DNA of 64,000 nt from NCBI RefSeq assembly GCF_006345805.1, contig NC_043004.1:24304001-24368000 (forward strand). Reading direction: 5' to 3'. This document shows, piece by piece, positions 25,810 to 40,760 of the stretch. The stretch comes from Octopus sinensis (taxonomy: Eukaryota). The notes under the pieces were generated by a model. That model saw nothing but the letters and a program-made list of their open reading frames with translations, searched no databases and was not told where the DNA came from. Made by a program: the position numbers and the translations under genes. The stretch's first letter is position 1. Each line of letters starts with the position of its first letter.

Positions 25810-26575
25810 AGAAGGTATGTATGCATGCATACATATATGTATTTATGAGGGATACATAGATTGATAGTTTGTTTCCGTGTTCGTGCATGTAATTATATAT
25901 ATACTATCATCTCAAACGTACTAATAAAGAAAGTTTGGAAATCAGCCTGTCACGTACTCCCTACTTTATGTGTTTCTCGCTAGTGGCCTTTCTTTGCCAA
26001 TGCATTATTTACGCTACAATTGTAATGAAAGCGCTGACACTTATAATAGGAAACAGAAATAAATTTTGTCTTCGAATCTATTTTTCATTTTTCATCGATT
26101 GTAAACGGTTAGTTTGCATTCAATTTTAGTATGAGAATATCTATGATATTACAAATTTTCGACAGCTGAGTACAGATCTACAATGAAGTTTTTAATAATA
26201 GCTGTACATAAGAGTGTTAAAAGTTAAGGAAATCAACAGTATGAGACATCATGAAGGCGCCTTAAAGGAAAAATCCGTTTTCTCGATACAGCATTTTATG
26301 ATATTCTTCTTTAAATAAGTATTAATCTTACAATCCAGCCATACAAGCAAGTATTCTTTTAATATCTGCAATGAGTTCAAGAGAGATAGCGTATCTTTTA
26401 CCATACAATATATAGTAATCAATAAGTGAAATGCACAGGCACGTGTTCAGTGAATTCGTGCAGGATGATGAGTATATAGATTTTACTTAACGAATTTTAC
26501 AACGAATATATCCAGAGTAATAGGTACATAATGCCTTCAATAAAAACGTGAATATACATTAACACACATACACAT

Positions 26576-26609
<34 letters not shown>

Positions 26610-26639
26610 ACACACACACACATATATATACATATAGAT

Positions 26640-26731
<92 letters not shown>

Positions 26732-26880
26732 CGTTGGAATTTACAAAAACAAAACAAGACGGGCGTGTAAACAACAAACTGATGTATTAGTTTAACGCTC
26801 AGAAAGCGAGAAAGTCTTTTACGTTACGAGCCTACGCTCTTCAACAGAAAGGAACACAGAAATAAGCAGAGAGAGAAAAT
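26732..26880 (-). mobile_element. Short PLE-derived element with hammerhead-like core, copy B
   Basis: The minus strand reads cttt-CTGTTGA-a-gagc-gtag-gctc-GTAAC-GTA-aaag (26820-26851); abuts (TA)n. Confidence 0.7.
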
Positions 26881-26963
<83 letters not shown>

Positions 26964-27201
26964 GTGTAAGTGTTAATAGCAACAGACTTGGTTTAAAATC
27001 GCCATTTCAAAGAGCGACATCTCTCCTAATTTGTTTGCCACTTGTTTGTATCCTACTGCGGATCACACTTTGTGTTGCCATTTTACTACTTGTACTGGAC
27101 AGGGATATTTCAGTTTTCTGTTTTCTTGACGCTTTGTAATTCATCGAGTGGAAGTTTCATAAATTCGGGCGTGTAATATTTCATTTTTATTTTTTAGCAT
27201 T

Positions 27202-27945
27202 TTGTTTCTTGACACCTACCAAAAGTGCTTGGCCTGGCAATGTTACACAGGAGCTTTACCGGTTCGAGATAAGCTCTTTAGACATGGGTGTGCGCCTTCG
27301 CCGTTTTATGCTAGATGCGAGCAGGACAGTGAAACTGTCCCGCACACGATTGTGCAATGCCCCAAGGTGACTGAACTCTGGGCTTATGTCGAACACTTGC
27401 TGTCGCATTCAAGAAGAGTACAACTGTCGAGCGAATCTGTAATTAAGATCGTTCCGTCGACCTCCCTGAATAGGGAGGAGCGAGCCTGTTTTCTCTCGGT
27501 AGTTGCTGTGGCGAAAGAAGTAGAATGGAAGACGAGAGTGAAAGGAATTGCAACAAGCATGTTTAAAACCAGTCTCGAGCTAATCGACTTTTTCGTTTTC
27601 CACATGAAACGAAAAATAAGGCTGGAGAAGAAATGCCTTTCGCAAAGTGTGTTTCGTAAAAGATGGAAGTCTATAGCAAGTATGTTGCGAGTGAAAGAAC
27701 CGGTTTAAACGAGAATACAAAAAAGGAGAAAGCAAAGTCTTCAGTGTGAGTATGTTTTTTGTGGGGTCGACCACGTCCTCCGCTTCATTTTTTGTAAATC
27801 ATTCATTCTCATTTAATTGTATATATTTTGTTTGTTTATTCATACTTTTCTTCTCATTCGATACCCTGATCCCAATGTTTGTTTTGTCTGTCCCCGTATC
27901 TTCTCTTTTTCTCAACCTCATGGTTAATAAAGAAATTGACTGACT
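27202..27945 (+). mobile_element. Tx1/L1-clade LINE, 5'-truncated: zf-RVT/CCHC C-terminus plus pyrimidine-rich 3'UTR
   Basis: ORF 27202-27708 LAWQCYTGALPVRDKLFRHG...(C)ARCEQDSETVPHTIVQCP; the 3'UTR ends aataaagaaattgactgact. Confidence 0.85.
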
Positions 27946-28149
27946 ATTTCATATGGTGCTATTTCATAGCACCATATGAAATTTTCGTTGTGGAATCGTT
28001 GTTGCTATTGTTAATGTTGTCATCGTCGTCGTCATTGTTATTGCCTCCTTCAACATCAAAAACAGACAGTATTTCCCTCTTGAATGTCGCCTGTCGTTAT
28101 CATAGTTGCGCTAGAGATGTTCCTAATCACTTGATGTAGGAATTGGTCC

Positions 28150-28152
28150 TCT

Positions 28153-28209
<57 letters not shown>

Positions 28210-28480
28210 CATTTATACACATTCTCTCTCTCTATTTCTTTTTCATTTATACAACTATCTCTCTCTCTCACTTTCATTCATTTTCATTTATACACTCTTT
28301 GTCACTCTTTCTCTCTCTCTCTCTACCTCCCCCTCTCTCCCCTCCTCCCTCTCTACCTTCCTCTCTCACCCCTTCTCTTTCCCTCTCTACCTTTCTATCT
28401 CTCCCCTCCTCTCTCCCACTCTACTTTCCTCTCTCTTCCCTCCTTTCTCTCTACCTCCCCTCTCTCTCTTTGCCTTACAT
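28150..28480. repeat. (CT)n / polypyrimidine low-complexity tract
   Basis: Direct inspection. Confidence 0.9.
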
Positions 28481-28749
28481 TCCTGAATAGTAATTATTAT
28501 TTCTTCCCAAATATTCATATTATGTTATATATTTTTCATTTAAAAGTAAACAATTTTGCAAAACAAAACTTAACACAGATAATTACTCTCTCCTCGAGGG
28601 AGGAAAGTAAAACGAAATAGTCAAGCTTTTTCCAGTATGTAGGTAAGAAAGATTTTAACCCAAACACATCCTAGTTCAGGTAGAAGTTTGAAAAATTTTA
28701 CAGAGCCGAAATCGAGCATGCTTTTCCTATCAATGTAAATGATAATAAT

Positions 28750-28965
28750 AACCCTTCCTAATATAGACACGAAGTCTGAAACTTTGAGGGAGATGGCTAG
28801 TTGATTGCATAAATCCAATGCAGCTGGTACTTATTTTATCAACGCCGAATGGATGAAAGGCAAAATTAACCTTGGCGGAATTTGAACTCAGAACGTAAAG
28901 ACGGACGAATTGCGGCAAAACATTTTGTTCGATTTGCTGTAGATTCTACACCAGCTTGCTGCCTT
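28750..28965 (-). mobile_element. SINE family S3
   Basis: ctggtacttattttatc.ac.ccgaa.ggatgaaaggcaaa...cggcggaatttgaactcagaacgtaaagacggacgaa. Confidence 0.85.
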
Positions 28966-29941
28966 AATAATAATCAATACAATAGTAAACTGATGCTAGA
29001 ATCACAGTAAAATACCCTGTAATTACATTGTGAGATAGGCAAGTACAAATTAAATATTCATTATGTTCTAAAATCTCTCTTAATTATATTATTTTATTCT
29101 TTTATACAATTTTATAATAGTGACCTAACACACTATCAAATTAAGGCATTTGTTTTACATTAGAAGTTTTTTTTTATAATAGTCCTTAAACCATTATTAT
29201 ATTAAGACAGTTGTTTTTCATTAAAAGCAATAATATATTATTTTCGAATGCACAGGCTTTCACCATTAATGGACACATCTTCCCCCTCTTAGTTCGTTAA
29301 ATCGAGTGTCTACCCAATATGAACAGAAAAAAATTGCAAACAGTTAATCATAGATATACATCCCTCTCCTTCCGCTGAAGGAATAATTAGAAAACGACTG
29401 CATTAACTTACATTCCAAGTTCAATACCCGATGAGGTAAACTTTGCATCCCATCCAAAATGGAGGTGGTAAGATATAGCACCGGTCAAATACTGGGGTTG
29501 TTGGTATCGAATTTCCTGGCCTTCTACCCAAATCAAAAGCAATTGATTTCAGAATATTTGAAATTGTTGCTATTGTTTTGTTGCTATTGTATTGTTTTGT
29601 TGTTATTGATGCTGTTGTTTCGTCCTAGGTCAGCCCTGATCGAATAGAGCTATGCTCAAAGCCGTTCGATACATCATAGTTTTTAGGAAAGTGACATTTT
29701 ACTCTTATTTCTAACAGAGTCTAAAACCACATATAGACATTTTCACTGACTCAAGTTTTAATCTATTACTTTTTATTATATTCTTAACAACGTTTTGCTT
29801 TTAACAACAATCTTTTCAAAAAGCCGATATAATTTAAGACAAACAAACAATGATTATCTTTTACATTCTCGAAAAACACACGCGAAAAAGGAAAAATATT
29901 TCCAGACATTTGTGACTGTCGGTCTAGGTACGCATCGTGTG

Positions 29942-30012
<71 letters not shown>

Positions 30013-30045
30013 CCACACGTGTTTATGCTTATGTATATATACATG

Positions 30046-30076
<31 letters not shown>

Positions 30077-30096
30077 GTATGTATATATATTTAGAC

Positions 30097-30127
<31 letters not shown>

Positions 30128-30133
30128 GATATA

Positions 30134-30181
<48 letters not shown>

Positions 30182-30512
30182 TAGTGGTCATGTCTATAGT
30201 ATGAATTTAACAACATCATGAATGTCTTCTTTTGTCTATAACCTGTTATATAAGTTTGCTTTAAATGTATTTTCTTATCTCGGTACTTATTTATTTTATT
30301 CCCTATCGCTTTCCCATAATCATAACATGCCCTATATGTTTCAATCTGACTTTCTCCCTCTCTCTCTCTCTCTTAACTTGTTTTTCTATCTTCGTCTAAC
30401 CTCACTCCTATCTCATTTTCTAACTTTCATATAGACACGCAAATACTAGACACTACACTCACATACGCACAATCACATACAAGAACACGCACACATACAC
30501 ACACACACACAC

Positions 30513-30556
<44 letters not shown>

Positions 30557-31149
30557 CATATACATGAGTTATTGTCAGTATGTAAGCATGCATATTTATA
30601 TGAAATTAACGATGCATATTTCTAGGCGCGTCTTTTCATTGCAATTTCTTGTACGAAAAACTGTGGCGATTCTCGTGAAATACTTGCTTATGACTACATA
30701 TATTGTCCAGCAGACAATCTACAAGTATGCAGATAGTCATACGTATGCATACACATTTACACATAATTATAAATACACACCACACACAAAGCACACCTAT
30801 GTCTGTGTATATATATATATTTTTTTTGTTTCAGTCATTGGACAGCAGCCTTACTGGGCTACCGTCTTCAATAGTTTAGTTGAACAAATCGAACTAGTAA
30901 TTGTGTTTGTGTGTGCGTGTGTGTAAACTTTGTTCTATGGAAATTTAGGAGATTTTTAGTACAGAGACAAGAACAACCTTATTAATAATAGAGTAGACCT
31001 AAGGGTATCATGCGTGCATAGCATTACCCGTACAATTAAATATTTTCGAAACTAATAATAGTAGATTTATCATACTTGGGATTTGATGGTGGAAAATAAC
31101 TTCAGGTGTCGTATCCTTTCTAACTTACACTCTAATATAGAATATTATA

Positions 31150-32400
31150 TAGTATAATGTGTTGCATTACATATATTATATGCTATGTATTACGTTATCT
31201 AATGTATTACATGTAATATAACCCTATGGTAATCCCTGACTAGTTAGTCGGACTTCATCCTACTTGGTGATTACATTATACTTTCCTTCTATGAATTTCT
31301 ACACTATCAGTTATATTAAGTATATTCGTAATGATTTTGAGATAGTAATTCTTGTACCCTCGAAGATCTATACAATCATACATACAATAGCATCTGTAAT
31401 AGTATAACGTACAAAACCGCTTCGGTATTAATACCTTAAACTGTCCTCATTATTTCCATACAAACTACTCCTTTTTTAGTTACGTCAATCTTTTCCTACT
31501 TTTAATTTTAATCCTGTGTCTTTAAATATATTTCCTATTTTTTCTATAAATTCTTATTATTTTGATTTCGTATTTTGGTGTTTACCTTATTAATCTCTTA
31601 TCCTTTATGGTTTACCTTTATATTGTTAAATTTTGCATGGTATCGAATTTTATATTTTGCATTCCTATATACCTTCGTATATACTGGTATAGCATTCTAT
31701 GAAGCATTAAGCATGTTGCATCTCCTCTCCGCTCGCATGTAGGTGAAGATGTGGCTCAATAAGGTTCTTAAATTGATATTTTTCAGTTACTTATATTTAC
31801 CCCAAATAATTATACTATATTCCTCATATAAGTGTATATATATATATGTGTCTGTATAAATCCCTTTTTGTATATGTATCTCTATGCCTTATTTTTATAC
31901 TATTGCACCTACTTATATCAGAAAAACACTTTTTCTGGTATACTTAAATTTTAATTATGTCTATATTTTATCATTAATCTTATTATCCTACTTCTGATTC
32001 CTTACTGTTAATCAGTATATAGTATGTATACCTTTCCAGATAAATTCCATATGCAAGTGGTTTTATCGGTCTTTATAGTGACCACCTAATAATTAAATAC
32101 ATAAAAATGAGGAATTAAGTTTATTGTACATAATAGTAATCTTCTTTTTAATGTTTAAATTGATCTATAATTCCGTTTTAGCTAACTTCGTTATGATATC
32201 CCTTACTAATTATTTTTTATTTTATTTTTATTTTTATACACCATCATAATACCGTTTATAAACGGCCTCCCTCTGAATCCCTAATATTTACCTGGATCTC
32301 ATTGTAGCATCCTAAGGTTTTATAGTGTTTGCCCTTTAACTGGTAACAAGATCATGAATTAAGGTCACTTCTACCCTACCGCTTTTATAGACATTTACTA
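31150..32400 (-). mobile_element. Highly degraded LINE reverse-transcriptase remnant (clade unassigned)
   Basis: The minus strand shows weak DLRGY and SQGLP*GIL segments resembling RT motifs; many stops. Confidence 0.3.
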
Positions 32401-32922
32401 CTATCTAATTCACTCTTTCTAAAGTTTTGCTTCTTTTTCTTGTGGGTTGGGGTGTACATGTTATAGTATGAACTTTATGACCAACAGCCAGCTATGAGCT
32501 ATCAATTCACTTTCCTCTTTATTTTAAAGATACGCAAACTTCTAAACTTAGGTTTTTGCAGATGATAAAGAGATAGATAAATTGGGAATGTATTAAATTA
32601 CAACTCTATGACCGCCCCCTGCTGTGTCAGATGCTACGCTAAAAATTGTAGATTTGTTCTCTTAGCTACGAGATTGACAACATGAAATTCTTCCATCCTC
32701 TTGCTCTGTTAAAATATTTAAGAAAATTTATATTTAAATATTTTGTCTGTTGAAAATCCATATTTGTGGATTGTACTTAAATTGATGTAATGATAGCATT
32801 TCTCAATTAAATGGAGCCGTTTGAAATGGTCGTACTGCAATACTACTTGATGTCCTGTTACTTGCTTTGATTATCTATCTATCTATCTATCTCTCTCTCT
32901 CTCTCTATATATATAATATATA

Positions 32923-33002
<80 letters not shown>

Positions 33003-33698
33003 TATACATACATATCTAAACATACATACATATCTATATATATATATATATATATATATGCATGTATATGTATATATGTGTGTGTATGTGTGTGTATACA
33101 TTTATATACTTTTCATGAGACCACTATATCTTTATTGATATAGGCTATACTTTATTTTGATAATATCACTCAAGTCGTCTTTCGTTGCATGAGATTGAAT
33201 GCTATTAAATTATCATCCAACCATTATACAGAATCGTATTGAAAAACATTATATCCGAAATAATTTTCTATTTAGTTGTTGCTAATTAGAAAAGCAGGAA
33301 GAAATTGTGTATCATTGAAATTATACCTAACTGGATTCGTTGTTATACAAAGGCTTCAATATAAGCTGCATCGAGTTCTTTCATACTGCAAGACACTTCA
33401 GTGTTTAATCAGGCAGATATTCCTGAGCTGTGTAAGAAAATTTAACGATGTAGAAGAATTAAGGTACATCAATATTTTGTTCTACAATATTTCTGCGCGT
33501 AATGTATACTCTGTCTCATCTGTAGCACAAAAATAAGATGTTTTCTCAGCTAAGATAAATATCGTGCTCCACATGGGTCACACGATTTACCGCTGCCACC
33601 TGCTCCTTACATGTTTTAGTAGGTCCACGCATTTTAAAGCATTTAGAGCAGATCTGTGGTTCAGTGACACAACACACACAGTTAAACATGTATGTATG

Positions 33699-33729
<31 letters not shown>

Positions 33730-33983
33730 TTCTGTTTTATTTCAAGATTTCTTGCCAATAGAGAAAGAACGGATTTCTAACCTAGATCCGTTGGAATTTC
33801 GACATCAACAACAGTGTATTTTTGTTTTATGTATTTATGCATGTATGTATATGCATGGATATATATAAACACATAAATATAACCATACTTATATATGTAT
33901 GTATATATACATGCATAGATACGTACATATACAGACATACGTACATATACATACACATATACATACATACATACATACATACA

Positions 33984-34016
<33 letters not shown>

Positions 34017-36611
34017 TATCCAATGCTGTGAGCTCACCGCCCTAAACCATATGCTAATAATACATAAAGTATTTGTTAGTGTGTAACTATCGATCGTAAA
34101 CCAATGATATTTTATGACGTTTGTAGCTCTTCAAAGAAAGACGACTGAAGAAATGATTAACAACATTGAATTAGTATGGATATTTTTACCTCTATTAGAT
34201 TCGGGGAGGAGGAAATTCCCATTTAACTTTGAACCGTTCAGGGTCCCTGTGTCTGGTCAAAGCATGAAACGATGTTACCATGAGCTCAAAGACCTGGATC
34301 AAATATTATTAACAGACTAGCGGTAATCGTGAATACCTATTGCGTTCTTCTGAAGTCTTTATCCAAAAAAAAAAATGAAAGCATAGCCTGTGTCGTGTCT
34401 GCATGAAAAGATAGTCGCTCATCTGTTATTCATTGAAAAGTGAGAGAAATTGGAAAACGATGATTACTTAATGCGCTTTATATATACAATTTATATACTT
34501 TATGTACAATTTTATAGATTTAATACACAGCACTCATAAAGTAAATATTCACTCTTATTTTTCCATTTGCCCCCATAAACAAATAAAAAATATCCCGTAC
34601 ATATAATACAACATTTAGTTAAATTGCAAATATCTGCCACGTAAATAAGCGCGAATATTTCATGGAATTGCACTTATGTGCATGCATTTAGTGATAGGTG
34701 ATATACAAAAGAATTTAGTTCAATTTTTTAAAATACACTTTTCATTATCCAATCACCACTGCTACCGCCACCACAACCACCTTCACTACCGTCATCATCA
34801 TCATCATTATCTCTCCCCATCGCTCTCTTTCTCCCTCTTCTCTCTCCTCTCTCCCTCTCTTTGCCTTTTTTAACCTCACCGTTAGAACATCACCCCCTCT
34901 ACTAAAATTAAATTTTTAGCTCTTCTCTTCTACCTTCAACTAGCTTTTCTAACCACGTAATGAATATTACGGTCCCCCACCTCACGTCAGGGACGCTTTG
35001 CTATGCCTCTTTCTGTCTCACTCTTCACATTAAACTATTTTACTCTCGTTTTTCTCTTTCTCCTCTTTTTCCTTTCCATTAATGGCGTGAAAGTGTTACA
35101 ATTACATTCCTTCTACCGTACATCATGGATGCTTCACTCTCCTTTTCTTTCTCCCGCTTTTTCTCTAATCACATGAAAGCATTTCCGACGGGCTAAATAA
35201 CGCAATGAGAAGCAGAATTATAAATAGATTGAATCTCGATAAAATTTTAAAATTACGCGTGGTCCAGGTGTCGTTGGCAAAAAATTGAGATCAGAAACAG
35301 TATCCAGAGCTTCTACCCACAATGCCTTGCTCAACTGAAAATAATGGGAGAAGACAACATTTTAGAGGCACATGTTTTAGTTTTCATTTTAACGAAGTTG
35401 TGCTGTTGATTGACTTGAATTACTTGTGCCCTTTTTCTTTGTCAGAAAGCAAAGGAATCTCTTCTAGGTAGCTTGGTTTTCAAGAAATAGCAACAAAAAT
35501 ACCCTCAACTCACCACCTTCTGTCTTAACTATAATATAGTGTGAATAAAAATATTTAAGTAATCACCATAGTTCTACTTGGTTGGCGCTAATCTGAGTCT
35601 CAATTACTAGTCTATGGGGTTAATTTGTCTGCTAGAAATAGCAGCCTAACTTGGTAATTGATTAATTGTTTCTTGAAATTTTAGTCATGCAAAACCCAAT
35701 AAAAAATAGATTGGCATTGTTTGGAACGACTTTGATTAATTATAATATCCATTTGAAAAATAATGATGATAAATAATTACTTGCAGCACAAATCGTGAAT
35801 TTGATGTTACAGCAACACTAAAATACATGTGCTGATATAACGTCTACAAAGATATTACAGATACCCCGAAACTCTGATAACTCTGAGAATATAGCAACCC
35901 CAGCAGCGTAACTTAGTATTCCATGACCATTAATACTATAACTACTTTGGTATTACAGCCTGTCTGAAACTAATTCTAACAGAAGAGCACTAAATATAAC
36001 GCTGAGTACAGGAAGAGATTCCTTTCCCTTGTCAATAAAAAAAACACTCACTATACGTTAGCTTACCTGGATAATACTGTGAACCAATGAATCTACTATC
36101 ACAGCCTCTCTTCACAAATATTTCTTAAACACAGGTCATGCATACAGCGCTGTCTTAAGGCAATGACACACAGAGTAGTTGCCCAGAGTCTCCAACAGGT
36201 GTGGGGGCCCAATTCTGATCTATGTATGCAGCAGTTTGTTGTTAATGAATATATATTATAGAGTCCAGTGCAATGAATAGCCCATGAGCCTATAATGCTG
36301 CTAAGACTCTCTTGCATACATATTTCTGCACACTCAGCAGAAAGTGAAATAAGGACTATTTATATTGTTCATGGAATGTATTTTTTCATTACAGCGTGTC
36401 CATCTAAATCTGGTTATTTTATTAAATTTCTTTTATGTATAGCTGTCACTCACAAGGACATAACAGTTGGTTACATGTACCATGCTTTCGCTTGTTGTTT
36501 TAGATTCTTGTGAAGTTTCAAGTAGGCATTGACGTTCTCTCGGACCACGAACACTCGACACTGCGGAACATCGAATATGTGATGGCTGCAGGAAGAGAGG
36601 GCAGCACCAGC

Positions 36612-36742
36612 ACTCAGCTGAGTAGACAGAGGCAACGTGAAACACAATTCTTTGTTCAAGATTACTACACACTACTCTGTTCAAGTATCGAATCCACAAT
36701 CTTATGACTGTGAGCCCAGTACTCCAACTACAAGGCCACGCA
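36612..36742 (-). mobile_element. Degenerate tRNA-derived SINE head and core
   Basis: The minus strand reads gcgtggccttgtagttggagtactgggctcacagtc.taagattgtgga.ttcgat...ttgaacaa...tttcacgttgc.tc.gtctactcagctg. Confidence 0.6.
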
Positions 36743-38817
36743 CCTTCATCAAGTGTATTTATGCAAATTATATGGATCAACGACCACCTAGTAAATATAG
36801 CAGCTAAACCTTTCTCAAAGGAAACCCAACAATCATAAAATATAGTCAGATTAGAAAATATATTTTAGAGTAAACAGTATCTGAAATAGGCGATGCAATC
36901 ATATCTGCAAATACTTAATATGTCCGCCAGATCAGGACACACGGGAGGAACATCATCATTATTATTATCAGCAGCAACAACATGATCATCAAGAGCAATA
37001 ATACAAATTATATTCACTTAGAAAATCTCATCTCTATATAGAGTGTTCATATAAAGTATTTCTATTTAAAAAAAGTATTCGAAATATCTAAATTATATTT
37101 TGTATTTCAAACAATGACCACGTTTATCTGCATTACGACAAACCTGGGATTCGATTCCCGTAGGCGATTTCATACAGATCGTTTCTACCTTGAATCTCTG
37201 CTTGTAAAATGTTGAACTTAATTTAATTTGATGTTTATAACAAATTGTTTGCTTTCAATATATCGTTTATATTCATATATACGATCAACATTTCATCTTA
37301 AGAGATCATTTAAGCTAAAAGCGACATTTTAAATTGAAACATCGATATTTTAGTTTAAAACATATTCGAGTGAGTCGTTATTATAATTTTCGCAGTGAAA
37401 CGTGAAAATATGAATTCACTGCACACAAATGCCTTCCACATCAGTTAGTCTTTCTCCCCCACACTATATTTTAGATAAATGAGTCTTTTATATTAATGAG
37501 TACCGTAGGCTAAATGTATTTCGAACAGATGACAGTTTTAAAGTAATGGATTTATGTGTCTCTAATTTAATTCCACCGTCCGAATTGGTAAAATATATTC
37601 AAGTTTTATACTACAAACTCTATTCATATTCAGGTAAAGATTGCCCTTAAGCGAGAAGTAAATATTCTAAAATGATCTCGGGACATATTCAATTATAGGT
37701 GTCATTCTCTGACGTTCAGTAAATTATGTTAACTGGAGGTTCGACAATGAGAAAAATAGTAATGAATGATCTTCTATGGTATCACTCAACTTGTTAGCAA
37801 TAGTAGTGAAATCTACCTCAAATTGAACTACACTGTCTTGGAAGAACCGATCGAATGATTTAAATCTAGGAAGACTTTAACAGATGTGATGGCCACGATG
37901 CGATTGCTTTTAAAGGGAGATTCATTCAATAGTATGGCAACTTCAATATTGTAAAAACTCTGGTGCTACAGCTGGTAGGATCGTTAGCACGCTGGGCAAA
38001 ATGCTTAGTGGCATTTCGTCCGTCCTTATGATTTTAATAAAACTGCAAACCAATCAGTCCAGTATCAAAATATTTCCTATAGAAAAAATCATGTATATTT
38101 CCTCACTCTGAACAGAAAGGATTATAATTACTCTTCATACACTGGAGATAGAATGTATTTTATCACTAGATCATGGCCATCTAAATTTGGTTAGGAAATT
38201 ATCTATTTTTATGGCTATCATTCGTAAGCGAGTATGGTTTGCTAATGTCTACCATGCTTTTGCTGATCGTTTTAGGTGCCTTTTAAATTTGCCAGCTGAA
38301 ACACGCTTCATTTGTGCTCACGCAGGCTTCGTGCAGCAGAACACCGAGAATAGGAAAACTGAATAGAGAGAAAGAGAAAGTAGAGAAGGGCTATATTGGC
38401 ATTTAACTTTGTTCTTTAGACCTGAGTCCGATTGACCTGTGATTAAGCAACAACGGGTCAAACGATTTCAATGGAATACGCTTATACAGACCATAACAAA
38501 ATTTCCCCTGATCCTTTGAATTTACCAATAATTTTCTAGGCATAAATGTGTGACAAACATTCATAAATATTACGCGCGTGTGTGTGTACGTGTATGTGTG
38601 TGTGTGAGTCAACTTCTTACAAACCTTCGGAAGCTCTCATTATCATTCATAACAGAATGCGTAAACATTCTATTAAAGCATTTCCGCGCTCACGTATACA
38701 CTAACATGTAAGTAGGAACAAAGATTTGTACCAGGTATGCCACTAATCTTGGTGTTCATTCTCTCACTGTTCATGTCTTTCCTGCGGATATTGATTTCTT
38801 TTATTTTTTCTTGTTGG

Positions 38818-39042
38818 CTTGTTTCAGGGATTTGAATGCGGCCACGCTGGGGCACAAATGAAGAATTTTGAGTCGAATGAATTGACTTCAGTAATTATTT
38901 CAAACCTAGTACTTAGTCTATCGCTTCTTTTGCCGAACCGCTACGTTGCGGGGACGTAGCCTGATACCACCGATTGTCAAGCGGTGTTGGATAACAAACA
39001 CAGACACAAAGACACGCACATACACACATATATTTATATACA

Positions 39043-39082
<40 letters not shown>

Positions 39083-39454
39083 TATATGTATATATATATA
39101 TATATTGTTGTTGTTTGTTCCTTCTCGCGCCATCCCGTTTGTTCCTTCTCGCGGGTTTCCCGTTTTCCTTGGCGTATAGGTTCCCCACCTGGACGGGAAG
39201 CTGGTCCGTCGCAGGTGAACTGCAAGAGGGAGGAGGAAAGAGTTAGAGAAAGTTGTAGCGAAATAGTCAGCAGAAGTTCGCCATTACCTTCTGTCGGAGC
39301 CGCGTGGAGCTTAGGTGCTTTGCACATACACAAAACACATCGCCCGGTCTGAGATTCGAACCTCCGATCCCTCGACCGCGAGTCCGCTGTTCTAACCACT
39401 AGACCATATGTCTCCACTATGTAATATATATATATTATATATATATATTATATA

Positions 39455-39538
<84 letters not shown>

Positions 39539-39694
39539 GATGGGCTTCTTTCAATTTCCGTCTACCAGATCCACTCACAGGAATTTGGTCACCCGTGACT
39601 GTAGCTGAAGACATCCAAGATGCAACGCAGTGGTTCTGAACCTAGAAACATGTGGTTGTGAAGTAAGTTCCTTACTACACAGCTACACCAGCGC
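38818..39694 (-). mobile_element. SINE family S1 split into a 5' half (39541-39694) and a 3' half (38818-39020) by an insertion in its internal (TA)n
   Basis: Both halves are on the minus strand in the correct order, with (TA)n and an S2 SINE between them. Confidence 0.8.
39105..39417 (-). mobile_element. SINE family S2 (tRNA-derived), tail variant a, ending in (CAA)n
   Basis: Head gtggagacatatggtctagtggttagaacagcggactcgcggtcg...ggttcgaatc with A/B-box-like motifs; tail gcgacggaccagcttcccgtccaggtgggg...gagaaggaacaaacaacaa. Confidence 0.88.
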
Positions 39695-40241
39695 TTATAA
39701 ATCCACGACTGCCACTTGTAAATTCTTAAAACAATTACTAATATCACAAGTGTCACGGTTACAGAAAAGCCAGCAAGACCTTTGGGTATTTTCTCATTTC
39801 CCCACCCTTAGCACATACAAAAGTATATGTAAACATATTACCCACCTTCGCCATCACAACTATATACCTACTTTTTTCATTTTACTTAATCACTAGTTTT
39901 AGAGTGTTCCGTATTAGTCATATCTAGAAATGTCAATAGTATTCCGTTTTTTCTACGCTAAATTAACTACCCGACTACTACAAACCATTTATGAATCTTT
40001 TTCTCCAAAGTTCCCTTTCAACTACTACTACTACATTTTGTAAGAATGCCAAATATTCTAAGTAACAAAGTAAATTCAGTAAATAAGTAGTCCCTCCGAC
40101 TCCATAACGTTTTATAACGATTTTGAAGTACCTACATTCTATATTGTCTCACACTACATACCACGGAGTGATGAAACCACCCACCAGTATTGAGTCCTTC
40201 ATCATCATGTTTTCATTGCTATTGATCACTTAACGCTCTAA

Positions 40242-40318
<77 letters not shown>

Positions 40319-40483
40319 ATTTATATTTGTGTAACATTGTTTTCCCGTCCTTTTTTTTTTGTATCGTCTATCTGGATGTTTTGTTGTCCCTTTTTGTATC
40401 ACCTCGCTGTCCGGATGTTTTGCGTTCATTTTGTATTTTATATATATATATATATATATAGCGGCGTACGTACACTTTGTTCT

Positions 40484-40560
<77 letters not shown>

Positions 40561-40566
40561 TATATA

Positions 40567-40760
40567 GGGGGAAGCTTTATGAAAATAAACAAAAGACGAA
40601 GGCAGGTGGAATACAAACAAACAATTGTATTAGTATGCCGCTCAGGAATATAAATAAAACAAGTCTTTTACGTTTCGAGCCTACGCTCTTCAATAGAAAG
40701 ATACACAGAAAAGAAACACGGAGAGAAACAAGGAGAGAAAAAAATGCGTGCAGAGGCTTG
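40567..40760 (-). mobile_element. Short PLE-derived element with hammerhead-like core, copy C
   Basis: The minus strand reads cttt-CTATTGA-a-gagc-gtag-gctc-GAAAC-GTA-aaag (40669-40700); abuts (TA)n. Confidence 0.7.

Noticed and set aside
34114-34330. GC-richer segment with apparent splice sites on both strands
   Set aside because: Every candidate exon frame hits a stop, and no homology was recognised.
36433-36780. Overlapping ORFs suggesting an exon
   Set aside because: Largely explained by a degenerate minus-strand tRNA-derived SINE.
39950-40245. Possible decayed hammerhead (tgatga-agga...tcc) next to (TA)n
   Set aside because: GAAA is absent and the stems cannot be assigned.
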